Source of the DNA: Eledone cirrhosa | Lineage: Eukaryota | DNA: 64,000 nt | NCBI GenBank assembly: GCA_964016885.1 | Contig: OZ024741.1 | Span: forward strand, 224,316,001 to 224,380,000 | Reading direction: 5' to 3' | In this document: positions 37,740 through 51,703 of the stretch, piece after piece | Numbering within the stretch: the first letter of the stretch is position 1 | How the letters are laid out: each line of letters opens with the position of its first letter | Position numbers and translations under genes: made by a program | The notes under the pieces: generated by a model | The model's database searches: none | What the model was told of the DNA's origin: nothing | Seen by the model: the letters and a program-made list of their open reading frames with translations, nothing else

Positions 37740-38566
37740 CATTTCTTTGTTTATTTGTCTCAGATTTTCATGCTGTTAGCATTAGTCATGTCAACTCAGG
37801 ATCAAACATTCGTTAGAGCGGGCAGCTGGGATGTTGGAACGATGGTGTAGTTAGGTTAACCATTCTGGTGCACTTCTTTCCATTCTATTATTGATGGCAG
37901 GTTTTAGTCAATGGTCAAGGGGGCCTCCTTGATTCTCAGTGTGCCTATACTGCATTTGGTAGCTAAGACGGTGGTGGTTATTTTATTGTCCTGGTTTCTG
38001 CATTTGATGATGCGTTTGTGGAAGGAAGAGAAGTTGGTGTTAATGTGTTCTTTAATTCGGAGGTGTAAGGGTTGAATAGTACTGCCAATGTAGAATTGGC
38101 TGCACTTGTCACATTCTAGCCTGTACACCACGTATGTATATAGGCAACAATTAGTGCTGTGGATAGGGCAATTGGCTAGGGTGCATTCGTTATCTTCACT
38201 GGGGGGTTGTCTTGTGGAGAGGCATCTTCGCAGGGAAGGTCCTGAGTGAGCTTGTCTGATATTGAGCCCTCTCTCCTGATGGCTTTGTATATGGCATTGT
38301 TGTTTTTTTCACTGAGGTGTGGGATCTTGAGGAAGCAACTATTGTTTGTGTTGGTCTAGTCTCTGGGTCTGAGGTTTTGTTGTGGGGTGAAGGAAGCTAG
38401 GTAGCCACCCTGTGGAATCGTCTGATATGGATGGCTCTATTCGTAATGTCACTGCATCAGTTGTGTATGCAAGCCATTTTGTTAAAGATTTACCCTCTTT
38501 TAGATGTTGGGAAGGGCAGATTTGTAGTGGACAAACAGGTCCTGCTGGCCGCTTTGCGGTAGAAAT
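37740..38566 (-). mobile_element. Penelope-like element, 3' half (thumb, linker, GIY-YIG endonuclease)
   Basis: FYRKAA..LFVHYKSALP, then VYRLEC..C..FYIGST...LHLRIKEH...LRIKEA. Confidence 0.88.
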
Positions 38567-39218
38567 TGTTTCCAGTATTTCCAGTGTTGAAGGACCATCA
38601 TACAAAATCTCTTGGCTTCTGTCCAAGATTTTAAAGCCCCTGTTGACAACCTTCCTGGGCCACATCTACAGCTCATATGAAATCATTCAGCAACTCAACC
38701 AACTTGAACCTGCCACCCTCAAATCCAACAGGTACGCCTTCAGCTTAGATGTAGTATCCCTCTACACATCAGTACCTGCACTCTTGACTGTGGACATACT
38801 CACTGAATGTGTCTCCAGCAACCTAGATTTTTCGGCCTCACCACCACCGACATCCACCAGCTTCTACCCATCATTGTCAACAATGCCCTCTTCAGCTTCC
38901 TGGGCCAAACCTACCAACAGACTTCTGGACTACTCATGGGATCCAGCCTGTCAGGTTTACTGGCCATTTCCTACATGAACAGACTTATATGCCAAGTACT
39001 CAGCTCCTGTGATATCTGAGCTTTCTTTGCTAGATATGTGGATGATATACTCATCCTCACTTCCTCCAAGGAGAATGCCTACAGGATTTTTGAATCTTTC
39101 AGCAACACTGACAGTAAAAGATTCAGCATAGAATATCCCACTGACTCTGGGTCCCTCGCCCTACTCAACTTCAGACTGGAGATCTCTGAAAGCAATGCAA
39201 TCCACACTGATTTCTACC
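38567..39218 (+). mobile_element. Penelope-like element RT, inverted 5' segment
   Basis: GPSYKISWLL, FSLDVVSLYTSVP, YQQTSGLLMGSSLSG, RYVDDIL, FSIEYP, HTDFY. Confidence 0.9.
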
Positions 39219-39269
39219 TGGGATGCAATGATCTTTTTGAGTCCTTGTGATTGAGACATATGGTCTAAA

Positions 39270-39750
39270 TCTTACTTGTCTCTTTGCCCTGACTGAACCT
39301 GTTCTAAATTGTTGTATTGGCCTTGCATGACTGAGCTGGATGTGTTGCCCTGATCTGGAATATCTGCATGACTTAAGCTGGCTGGTTTACCAGACTTAGC
39401 TGTCATGTCTGTTTGGATGTGGGTGGTCAGCTTGGATTGAGATGTCTGATAGTACCAGGCTGGCTGACTGGATTGCCTGGCTATATATATTGCAAGCAAT
39501 GCTGAGCTGGCTTGTCTAACTGGCTAGTCTAACTAAGACTGGCAGGGTGGAATGGACTGGTCTTTCTTAGGCTGACTAAACAAGAGAAGACTGGTTGACT
39601 GGACAGGCTGGCCTGGTTTGACTGGCTTAGTTGGCAAGACCGGCCAGACATGGAGTGACCTTCTTGGCTTGGAGTGACTTGTTTGTTTGCTAGCTTGCCA
39701 GAAGTGGCTAGTCTGACGAGCTGAACTGAACTGGGCTGGCAGGCTGGATT
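39270..39750. repeat. degenerate low-complexity (GACTG/GGCTG)-rich repeat
   Basis: Recurring CTGG/GACT/GGCT words with no fixed period. Confidence 0.45.
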
Positions 39751-40503
39751 ATATAAACGGTGTATAAATTTTGCCTCCCAAATTTTCCTGTAAAAATAGC
39801 AACTAGATGAAGCTACATGTCAATGAGGGAGCTTCTATATTGTTACAATTAAGGGCGGTGGATTGGCAGTATTGGTAGAGCGTCAGACACCATAATTTGC
39901 AGTATAGAGTTATGGCGCTTTACGTCCTGAGTTTAAATCACGCCGAGGTTAGCTTTGCCTTTCATCCTTACATGGTCGATAAAATAAATCACCAGTAATG
40001 CACTGGGGTAATTGCTGGCCTTGTGCCTAAAGTAGAAACAACCATTACTCAATCTGCTAGAAATAACAGTCCAATCTTCCTCAAATCACATTCTACTGTC
40101 TGAGAAAGCAAAAGATAATGTAGTCAGTCATGCCCCTAAGAAGATCATATTGTCCAGACTGGAATGACCTTGGCCATAGGCTTGCTTGATTGGATTCATG
40201 AAAGGTTTTATATTTTAGGGAGAGATAATCCTTTATTATTTTCAGGGCCTTAATGATTGATGGGAAGAAGGCAGCAATTTATCTTGGACTCAATGTTTAC
40301 AACAGAGTAAACTTTGCTATAAGCATGCAAGAATCAAGTTATGGATAAGCTGGGTGACAGATTTAGCTCCTCCCTCCACCAATCCAATTCAGAGCTTCAA
40401 AATTAGCCCTATTTTTCTAATGCCTATATTTAAAAAATCTATTGAAGTGCTTCTGTGAAAATACAACATATAACAAATATTTTAAACCCAGTTTCCCGAT
40501 TAA

Positions 40504-40724
40504 CCCTTTAGCATTTAAACTGGCCGTATCCGGCCAGAATTCTCTCACCTCTTTCTGTTCAAACTTGCTGTAACTGGCCACTCATACTGATATTAAGGTA
40601 TTGTTCTCAAAATAAATAATATCAAAATCTCATAGATTCGATATTATCTGAGATAATTATGTGATGTAAAGCCTTTACTGTGAAAATATAATGGTAAATA
40701 TGGAGTAATGTAAATGCTAAAGGG
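40504..40724 (+). mobile_element. piggyBac-like MITE family A, copy 3, inserted in an RTE 3' UTR
   Basis: TTAA at 40500-40503 and 40725-40728; same TIRs and interior. Confidence 0.9.
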
Positions 40725-40729
40725 TTAAA

Positions 40730-41190
40730 GCAAGGGTTAGCCATGTGGGCCCCACATCAAGCTTCTTGATTTCACCCCATCATATACATCTCCTCACCAA
40801 CTCACTGGTTTTTATTTCCTTCTTCTTCATCTTCAGTCATATCTTTCTTGGTCTTCCTCTTCCTCTACTTCTCCCCACATTCATTTGCATCAGTCTTTTC
40901 ACCCAGTCACTTTCATCCTTCCCCAACACATGACCAAACCATCTCATTCCATTTCTCTTCACAACATTCATCACTGGTTCTATTTCCATCACCCCTCTCA
41001 CCCAGTCACTTTCATCCTTCCCCAACACATGACCAAACCATCTCATTCCATTTCTCTTCACAACATTCATCACTGGTTCTATTTCCATCACTCCTCTTCA
41101 ATTCATTATTTGTCTTCCTCTCTGTTATTCCACTAATCCACCGGACCAAACTGATTTCAGTGAAAATATCCAGGTTTATCCTACAATGCT
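40730..41190 (-). mobile_element. RTE 3' fragment with a near-perfect 99-bp internal tandem duplication
   Basis: MEIEPVMNVVKRNGMRWFGHVLGKDESDWV occurs twice, followed by GRGRPRK. Confidence 0.85.
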
Positions 41191-41348
41191 GTATATCCCC
41201 CCCCCCCCCCCTCCTCCAACTGTCAATAATATTTGTTATCTTACAATAAATATTATATTTTCCCCACTGACTTTTATAGTTTTCAGCTTTTGCTAAATTA
41301 CCGATAACACTACGATAACAAGATTTTCTGCAGAGACTCTTGTTGTAG

Positions 41349-42170
41349 TTGTTGGTGGTGTTGGTGTTGGTGGTGGTGGTGGTGGTGGTGGTGTTGGTGT
41401 TGGTGGTGGTGGTGGTGGTGGTGGTGGTGGTGGTGTTGGTGGTGGTGGTGGTGGTGTTGGTGTTGGTGGTGTTGGTGGTGGTGGTGTTGGTGTTGGTGGT
41501 GGTGGTGATGATGGTGGTGGTGCTGGTGGTGGTGTTGGTGGTGGTGGTGGTGGTGGTGGTGGTGGTGTTGGTGTTGGTGGTGGTGGTGGTGTTGGTGGTG
41601 GTGGTGGTGGTGTTGGTGTTGGTGGTGTTGGTGGTGGTGGTGTTGGTGTTGGTGGTGGTGGTGGTGGTGGTGGTAGTGGTGGTGGTGATGATGGTGGTGG
41701 TGGTGGTGATGATGGTGGTGGTGCTGGTGGTGGTGTTGGTGGTGGTGGTGGTGGTGGTGGTGGTGGTGTTGGTGGTGATGATGGTGGTGGTGTTGGTGGT
41801 GGTGTTGGTGGTGGTGGTGGTGATGATGGTGGTAGTGTTGGTGGTGGTGTTGGTGGTGGTGGTGGTGGTGGTGGTGTTGGTGGTGGTGGTGATGGTGTTG
41901 GTGGTGGTGGTGATGATGGTGGTGGTGTTGGTGGTGGTGTTGGTGGTGGTGGTGGTGGTGGTGGTTGTGGTGGTGGTTGTGTTGGTGTTGGTGGTGGTGT
42001 TGGTGGTGGTGGTGGTGGTGGTTGTGGTGGTGTTGGTGGTATTGGTGTTGGTGGTGTTGGTGGTGGTGTTGGTGGTGTTGGTGGTGTTGGTGGTGGTGGT
42101 GGTGGTGGTGGTTGTGTTGGTGTTGGTGGTGGTGTTGGTGTTGTTGTTGTTGTTGTTGTTGATGTTATTA
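41349..42170. repeat. (GGT/GTT)n trinucleotide tract
   Basis: Read directly from the sequence. Confidence 0.95.
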
Positions 42171-43424
42171 TTGTCTCTTGGTTGTTGTCATATGATTGTC
42201 TTTATGCTTATAACATTGTGTGTGTGTGTGTGGAGGTGAGTTTGCATGTATATCTTTATGTCTGTGAGTGTGTATGTGTATATATTTGTGTGTATGCGTG
42301 TGTATATGGTTGTGCATAAAAGTGAGCTTGCTTATAAATATATGTATATGTATTTCTTTATGTGTGTGTATGTGTCTGTATTTATGTGTATGTGTATGTA
42401 TGCGTGTCTATATGTTTGTGTATATATATATGAGTGTGTTTTGATGTCTGTATGTTCATCATTGAATATACAATTATGTGTGTGTGTATAAAAAGTGAGC
42501 TTGCTTACAAGTATGTGTATATGTATTTCATGTAGTATATCTATTATTGTGTATATATGCATGTATGTCTTGATTGTGTGTGCATGTATTTCTGTATATG
42601 TGTGTGTTTCTGTGTATGTGTGTGTTTCTGTGTATGTGATCAGATAGTTTTAGCCAGCACTGTTAAGACCATGTTGGAGAAAATACTTGTGTGTGTGTAT
42701 ATGTGTGTGTGAGTGTGTGTATGTATGTGTGTATATATATGTGTGTGTGTGCATGTGTGTGTGTGTATATATGTGTGTGGGTGCATGTGTGTATGCATGT
42801 GTGTATATGTGTGTGTGTGTGTGTGAGTGTGAGTGTGTATGTGTATGTGTATGAGTGTAACTGTAAACATTTGTTTTACCTGTGTGTTTGTATGTGTGTG
42901 TGCATGTGTGTGTGTGTGAGTGTGGTGTGTGCATGTATGTGTGTGTCTGTGCATGTGTGTGTGCATATGTGTATGTGGGTGCATGTGTGTGTATATGTGG
43001 GCATGTGTGTGTGTGTGTATGTGTGTGGGGGTGTGGGTGTTTGTGTGTATGTGTGTGTGTATGTGTGTGTGAGTGTGTGTGTATGTGTGTGTGTGTGAGT
43101 GAGTGAGTGTGTGTGTGAGTGAGTGTGTGTGTGTGTGTGCGTGTGTGAGTGAGTGTGTGTGTGTGTGAGTGAGTGAGTGAGTGTGTGCGTGTGTGTGTGT
43201 GTGTGTGTGTATGTGGGAGTGTGAATGAGTGTGAGTGTGAGTGAGTGTGTGTGTGTGTGTGTGTGTGTGTATTACACGTTTGCAAATCAGAAACAAAAAG
43301 AGAAAAACCTCTACAGAATCTATGTATGACAACCATAGTTATCCAAACTATTTTTACCTAAATTGCTTTTCCGCGAACAATGTAGTAGCTTACAACCTTC
43401 TAACCACAGCATACATACTCTCAT

Positions 43425-44360
43425 ACATACACACACACTCATACACACACTTCACACATGCCAATAGATACATACACACACTTCACACACACCAATAGAT
43501 ACACACACACTCATACACACACTTCACACACACCAATAGATACATACACACACTCATACACATACTTCACACACACACTCATACACACACTCATACACAC
43601 ACTTCACACACACCAATAGATACATACACACACTCATACACACACACTCATAAACACACTTCACACACACCAATAGATACATACACACACACTCATACAC
43701 ACACTTCACACACACCAATAGATACATACACACACTCATACACACACTTCACACACACCAATAGATACATACACACACTCATACACACACTTCACACACA
43801 CCAATAGATACACACACACACACTCATACACACATTCACACACACTAATAGACACATACACACACGCACACTCATACACACACTTCACACACACAGATAG
43901 ATACACACACACACTCATACACACATTCACACACACCAATAGATACATACACACACACTCATACACACACTTCACATACACCAATAGATACATACACACG
44001 CACTCATACACACACTTCAAACACACCAATAGATACATACACACACACTCATACACACACTTCACACACACCAATAGATACATACACACACTCATACACA
44101 CACTTCACACACACCAATAGATACATACACACACTCATACACACACTTCACACACACCAATAGATACATACACACACTCATACACACACTTCACACACAC
44201 ACCAATAGATACATACACACACTCATACACACACTTCACACACACCAATAGATACATACACACTCATACACACATTCACACACACCAATAGATACATACA
44301 CACACGCACACTCATGCACACACATTCACACACACCAATAGATACATACACACACACATC
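43425..44360. repeat. ~40-bp CA-rich minisatellite (CACACACCAATAGATACATACACACACTCATACACACACTT)
   Basis: About 20 units marked by CCAATAGATAC. Confidence 0.9.
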
Positions 44361-44676
44361 GATAGACACACACACACACACTCATACACACACATTCACA
44401 CACACATACACACTCACACATACACACTCACACATACTCATACACACATACCGATAGATACATATACACACACACACACACTAATGCACACACATTCTCA
44501 CACTCAGCAATAAATACATACACACATACACACACACAGATAGATACATACACGCACATACACTCATGAACACATGCAAAATGACACACACACACTTGCA
44601 CATACATTTATGTTCACACATACATGTACATACACATGTACACACATGCATAAACACATATATGCACATGCATGCA

Positions 44677-45798
<1,122 letters not shown>

Positions 45799-46559
45799 CC
45801 CTCCCCCCCATAAAAAAAAACAATAAAACTTTAAAGGAATTGAATTAATATTGAATTAATATTGATAAGAAGTCTGGTTGATGTTATTTGGTAAAAATAG
45901 CTGCATATCTTAGATTGATTCCCACTCTCTTTATCTTTTAGTATCTCTCGCTATATCTCTCTATCTCTCTATCAATTTGTCTGTCTGCCCATTTGGCTGC
46001 TTACCTATCTGCCTGTCTTTCTATCCATCCATCTCTATCTATCTCTATTTCTATTTACCTTTATCTCTTTCTTTCTAACTCTTCTCTCTCTTTCCCCATT
46101 TTCCTATTTGATTTACTTTCCAATATATATATATATATCTTTCTATTTGATCCATCTCCCTCACTCTTTCTCTTTCTATTTGATTTATCTTCCTATATCT
46201 CTCTTTCTCTATTAGTATCAAGTCAATGAAACATCAGCTTAAAAGAAAGAAATACCAGTTGAATGAACAGCTTGCATTTCATGTATTTGAGCAATGATTT
46301 TTAAAATTCAATTGAGCTGACTTTTTATTGTAAGTTAGCTCAAACAATTATATTTACTTGAGTTGGTATTTCATTTACTTGAAGCAAAGAAATTGATTTG
46401 ATTCAGCAAAGAATATTATTCATTTTAAGTGTAGAGATGGCAGCAGATGGTAGCAGCTGGCAGCTAAATTGGATGTTTTAAGATATTTGGATCAGCTCTT
46501 CAAGTCAATAGTTTCATCTACTGCTAATATCAACTAAACATACATGTATCTCCATTCTA

Positions 46560-48720
46560 TGTCATCTCATCTGTTAAGTCTAACAGACTCAGATCTGACA
46601 TCCTCTTTGTTCTAAGTTCCCCATTGCACAAGAAACCTGCCTAGCCTTCACAGAAGAAACTTGAAAATTAGAAGATGTAGAAGTAAAGACAAAGGGCTTC
46701 AATATAGAGCTAGCAAAGACTAATGTAGGAAAGAGAATAAGACTCTGCTACTGCCAGAAAATGACCATCCACAATATGCAGAAAGGGAGTAGGTAGAAAC
46801 TTTATATTAGGGGCGTGCAACAGGCCACAATCTGGCTCGCCAGACCAGTCAGAGTGGGCCGCGATTACTGTTTTTAATTTTTACCTTGTAGGCTTATTTA
46901 GAATTTTTTTTGGAACTGTAATACAATTTTCTGTTAGTTGACATATACCAAATACCAAGTCTCACATTAATAAAACTAAATTATACTTTATTTATCTTTA
47001 TTGTTTAAAAATGGATACCATATAAAAATGGATAAAAAACCAGTGAATTGAGTCATAAATACATTGTGAATACAATGTATTTATGACTCAATTCACTGGT
47101 TTTCATTAGATTCCATATTTTTGACAGTGACTGGCCCTAATAGTTGTTCCAATGTTCAAAAGTGGCCCGCCAATGGAATATGTTGCACACCCCTGCTTTA
47201 TATGGTGTATTTAGTGTGGACAGGAGATATGGGATCACAGATAGGCTGACGGTAGGTAGGTAAGTTTCATATGTGACAGGTGTACAGGTGTAGACAACAG
47301 TAAGTATTCAGGAAATAAACTCCCTCAAATACTCAGAAGGCTCACTAGATGTAGTAGATAACTTTTGCTATCTAGGAGACCTCATTAACAAAGGTGGTGT
47401 ATTGAAAGTGTTATAGCCAGAGTGAGAACAAGATAGAAAAGTTACCTCTAATGGCAACAAAGGGTTTCTCTTTAGAGTGAAGGAAAAATTATATGATGAT
47501 TAAAAACAAAATTTGTTTTCACTCTAGCATGGCGGATATCTAAATGTATTTGTGAGTGAATACAAATAATATTATAAGAATGTTATAATAATATTATTAA
47601 TATTCAGTTGTGGATTGGCAGAATCGGTAGAGGGTCGGATGCTATGCTTTACAGGATAGAGTTACGGCTCTTTACGGTCTGAGTTCAAATCCCGCTGAGG
47701 TTAACTTTGCCTTTCTTCCTTAGGGGTCGATAAAATAAAGCACCAGTGATGCACTGGGATAATTGCTGGCCTTGTGCTAAAAGTAGGAACAATTATTAAC
47801 ATTCAGTTCGTTTGCAAACAAACAACCTCATAACACCATGTGTGTTTTCTAGATGACTGACATCATCCTTTTGTTTCAGAGGTAGCAGAAAGAAAATAGT
47901 CAACAATTGTTTCAGACTTATTGCCCCTTATCAAGACTATACATCCTCTCTTCACTGCTACCCACTGGAACTGCTGAGAATATTTGTATACTAAGCGATT
48001 TTATGGCTGGCTTTGCCGAAAATTAAAACCAAAATTTGTTTTCACTTTAACATGGTGGATAACTAAATGTATTCATGAGTGAATAATAATAATAATATAA
48101 TAATATTATTAATGTTCAGTAGGGTGGTGGATTGGCAGTAGAGGGTCGGACACCATGCTTTGCAGCATAGAGTTACGCCCTTTACGGTCTGAGTTCAAAT
48201 CCCACCAAGGTTAATTTTGCTTTTCAACCTTATGGGGTCAATAAAAAAAAGCACCAGTAATGTACTGGGGTCGATTTAATCGACTTTCCCCTTTCCCCAA
48301 ATTACTGGCCTTGTGTCTATACTAGAAACAATTATTAATGTTCGGGTCATTTGCAAGTCTTTGAATTACTATGCTATATGTCAGCGATATGTGGGCTTAA
48401 TTGCAGAGAATCTGTGGCTAAAAAGAAATGAAGTATGCCTGCTCCACTGGATATGTAATGTTAGTGGATATGAACAACTGCACAAGTGAACTGAGAAAAG
48501 CTGAGTTTAAGAGGAATTGAATGTAGTGTGTAAGAGAGACAATAGTGCTGGTTTGGTCATGTGATGTCTAAAGAGAGCGAGAGTTGTATTAAAAAAATGT
48601 TGAGCACTTGAAGAAGATGGTACTTTTGGTAGAGAGAGAGACCAAGGAAGACACGGGAAGAAGTTGTGAAGAATGACTTCAATAAACTAAACCCCACTAA
48701 AGAGTTGACACAGGATTGTC
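46560..48720 (+). mobile_element. highly decayed RTE LINE interrupted by a hAT MITE and a SINE-bearing duplication
   Basis: CRKGVGRN, VVDNFCYLGD, ATKGFS..KGKLYD and WFGHV remnants, collinear with the 28.4-31 kb copy. Confidence 0.7.
46808..47195. mobile_element. hAT-superfamily MITE
   Basis: 8-bp TSD CTTTATAT (46800-46807 and 47196-47203); TIRs TAGGGGCGTGCAACA / TGTTGCACACCCCTG. Confidence 0.9.
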
Positions 48721-48924
48721 CTAATACAAAAGATTCACTCATCAGTACAAGCACTACAATGCTAAAAGTAAAAGTAAACACGAGGAGAAATCCCTTTAGT
48801 ATGAAGTGGATGAGATACCCTCCGGTAAGACAGCATAAATATACAACGTTGCTTCTCCAGAAATATATAACAGTTTCTCTAGAAATATATAATACAATTT
48901 CTCTAGAAATATATAAGATAGCCT

Positions 48925-49183
48925 AAAGTATAAAGTCTGTCTCAAGTTAGAAGGCTCATTAGGTTAGTGCTTATCCCAGTTTCATGGTGTGAACCAGACG
49001 CCAGACCATCACAGGGTTAAATCCCCAGCTATTGCTAGCATTTATTTTCAGCTGACTATATGGGAGCAATATCAAATGAAGTGTTTTGCTTAAGAACACA
49101 ACACACAACCCAGCCCAGGAATAAAACCCATAACATTATGATTGTATGTCTAACACCCTTATCACTAGGCCACACACCTCCAC
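48925..49183 (-). mobile_element. CORE-like tRNA-derived SINE with a 17-bp TSD
   Basis: Head GTGGAGGTGTGTGGCCTAGTG and CORE-like GTTCTTAAGCAAAACACTT; flanks AATATATAAGATAGCCT (48908-48924) and AATATGTAAGATAGGCT (49184-49200). Confidence 0.8.
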
Positions 49184-49199
49184 AATATGTAAGATAGGC

Positions 49200-50310
49200 T
49201 CTCTAGAAATATATAACATAGTTTCTCTAGAAGTACATAATCCAATTTCTTTAGAAATATATAATAGTTTCTTTAGAAACATATAACAGTTTCTCTAGTA
49301 ATATATAGCAGTTTCTCTAGAGTAGTTTCTCTAGCAATATATAACAGTTTCTTTAGAAATATATAACAGTTTCTCTAGAAATATATAACAGTTTCTTTAG
49401 AAATATATAACAGTTTCTCTAGAAATATATAACAGTTTCTCTAGAGTAGTTTCTTTAGAAATATATAACAGTTTCTTTAGAAATATATAACAGTTTCTCT
49501 AGAAATATATAGCAGTTTCTCTAGAGTAGTTTCTTTAGAAATATATAACAGTTTCTCTGGAAATATATAACAGTTTCTCTAGAGTAGTTTCTCTAGAAAT
49601 ATACACCACAGTTTCTCTAGAAATATACAATGTAGTTTCTCTAGAAATATATAATGTAGTTTCTCTAGAAATATATAGCAGTTTCTCTAGAAATGTATAT
49701 TGTAGTTTCTCTAGAAATATACACCACAGTTTCTCTAGAAATATACAATGTAGTTTCTCTAGAAATATATAATGTAGTTTCTCTAGAAATATATAGCAGT
49801 TTCTCTAGAAATGTATATTGTAGTTTCTCTAGAAATATACACCACAGTTTCTCTAGAAATATACAATGTAGTTTCTCTAGAAATATATAATGTAGTTTCT
49901 CTAGAAATATATAGCAGTTTCTCTAGAAATGTATATTGTAGTTTCTCTAGAAATATACACCACAGTTTCTCTAGAAATATACAATGTAGTTTCTCTAGAA
50001 ATATATAATGTAGTTTCTCTAGAAATATATAGCAGTTTCTCTAGAAATGTATATTGTAGTTTCTCTAGAAATATACACCACAGTTTCTCTAGAAATATAC
50101 AATGTAGTTTCTCTAGAAATATATAATGTAGTTTCTCTAGAAATATATAGCAGTTTCTCTAGAAATGTATAAGTTTCTTTAGACATATATAACAGTTTCT
50201 CTGGAAATATATAACAGTTTCTCGAGAAATATACAGCATAGCCACTCTAGGAATATATAAAATACTTCATTTAGAAATATATAACATAGTTACTTCAGAA
50301 ATATATAGCA
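49200..50310. repeat. 22-24-bp satellite (GTTTCTCTAGAAATAT...) with a 118-bp five-monomer higher-order repeat
   Basis: Identical blocks at 49693, 49811, 49929 and 50047; monomers 24+24+24+22+24 = 118. Confidence 0.95.
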
Positions 50311-50429
50311 TACAAAGTTTTCTTTCTTCAGATGCAAATGCAATTCCATTTTGCTCTCATCTTGTAAAGATTACTCTTGGTCTGTTAGAAAGAGCAGCCT
50401 ATATCAAAATCTTATTCTACTATCTTTAA

Positions 50430-50640
50430 CTCTTTAACATTTAAATCAGCTGTATCCAGCCAGAAGTTTTTCACCTCTTTCTGTTCAAATTGGCTGTGAC
50501 CAGCAGCTCATACTTATGTTAAGGTATTGTTCTCATAATAAATAACATCAACATCTCGTAGATTGGATATTATGTAAGATAATTATGTGAGGGAAAGCCT
50601 TTAACAATTGTAAATATAGAGTAATATAAATGCTAAAGAG
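50430..50640 (+). mobile_element. piggyBac-like MITE family A, copy 4 (CTCTTT/AAAGAG ends)
   Basis: TTAA at 50426-50429 and 50641-50644; interior homologous to the other copies. Confidence 0.8.
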
Positions 50641-50994
50641 TTAAATAAAGGAAACAGGAATAACACATTGGACAATGCAGCTCTTGATATACAGAAAGAT
50701 AGGATGGTCACGGCTGGAATGTCTTTAATTGCAGGTCTCCATTGTCAATGCTGATTAAGGTCTAAACAGCAAGAACAAGAACAACACACAACAACAGCAA
50801 CAGTAGTAGCAGCAGCAACAACAACAAATTCTCTCATTTTTAGAACTTGATCTAACATGTAACTACAAAAGCAATCATTAATTCACACTTTAGAAACATC
50901 AACAACAACAACAACAACACAACAACAACATCAACAACACAACAACACAACAACAACATCAACAACACAACAACAACAACACAACAACAACAAC

Positions 50995-51053
<59 letters not shown>

Positions 51054-51225
51054 GCAACATCAACAACAACAACACAACAACAACACAACAACATCAACAA
51101 CAACACAACAACAACAACAACACAACAACAACATCAACAACAACACAACATCAACAACAACACAACAACATCAACATCAACAACAACAACAACAACAGCA
51201 GCAACAATAACAACAACAACAACAG

Positions 51226-51275
<50 letters not shown>

Positions 51276-51467
51276 GCAACAATAACAACAACAGCAACAA
51301 TAACAACAACAGCAACAACAACAACAGCAACAACAGCAACAGCAACAACAGCAACAGCAACAACAACAACAACAACAGCAACAATAACAACAACATCAAC
51401 AACAACACAACAACATCAACATCAACAACAACAACAACAGCAGCAACAATAACAACAACAACAACAG

Positions 51468-51517
<50 letters not shown>

Positions 51518-51656
51518 GCAACAATAACAACAACAGCAACAATAACAACAACAGCAACAACAACAACAGCAACAACAGCAACAGCAACAACAACAACAAC
51601 AACAACAACAACAGCAACAATAACAACAACAGCAACAATAACAACAACAACAACAG

Positions 51657-51703
<47 letters not shown>

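Noticed and set aside
37755-37800. Hammerhead at the 3' end of the Penelope-like element (minus strand TGCT-AAC-AGCA-TGAAA)
   Set aside because: A stem II-like hairpin and GAAA are present, but the CUGANGA box and stems I and III cannot be assigned.
49200-50310. CRISPR-like repeat-spacer array
   Set aside because: The variable parts are only a few bases and recur periodically, there are no cas genes, and the context is eukaryotic. The TTC-GAA spacing also does not fit a canonical heat-shock element.
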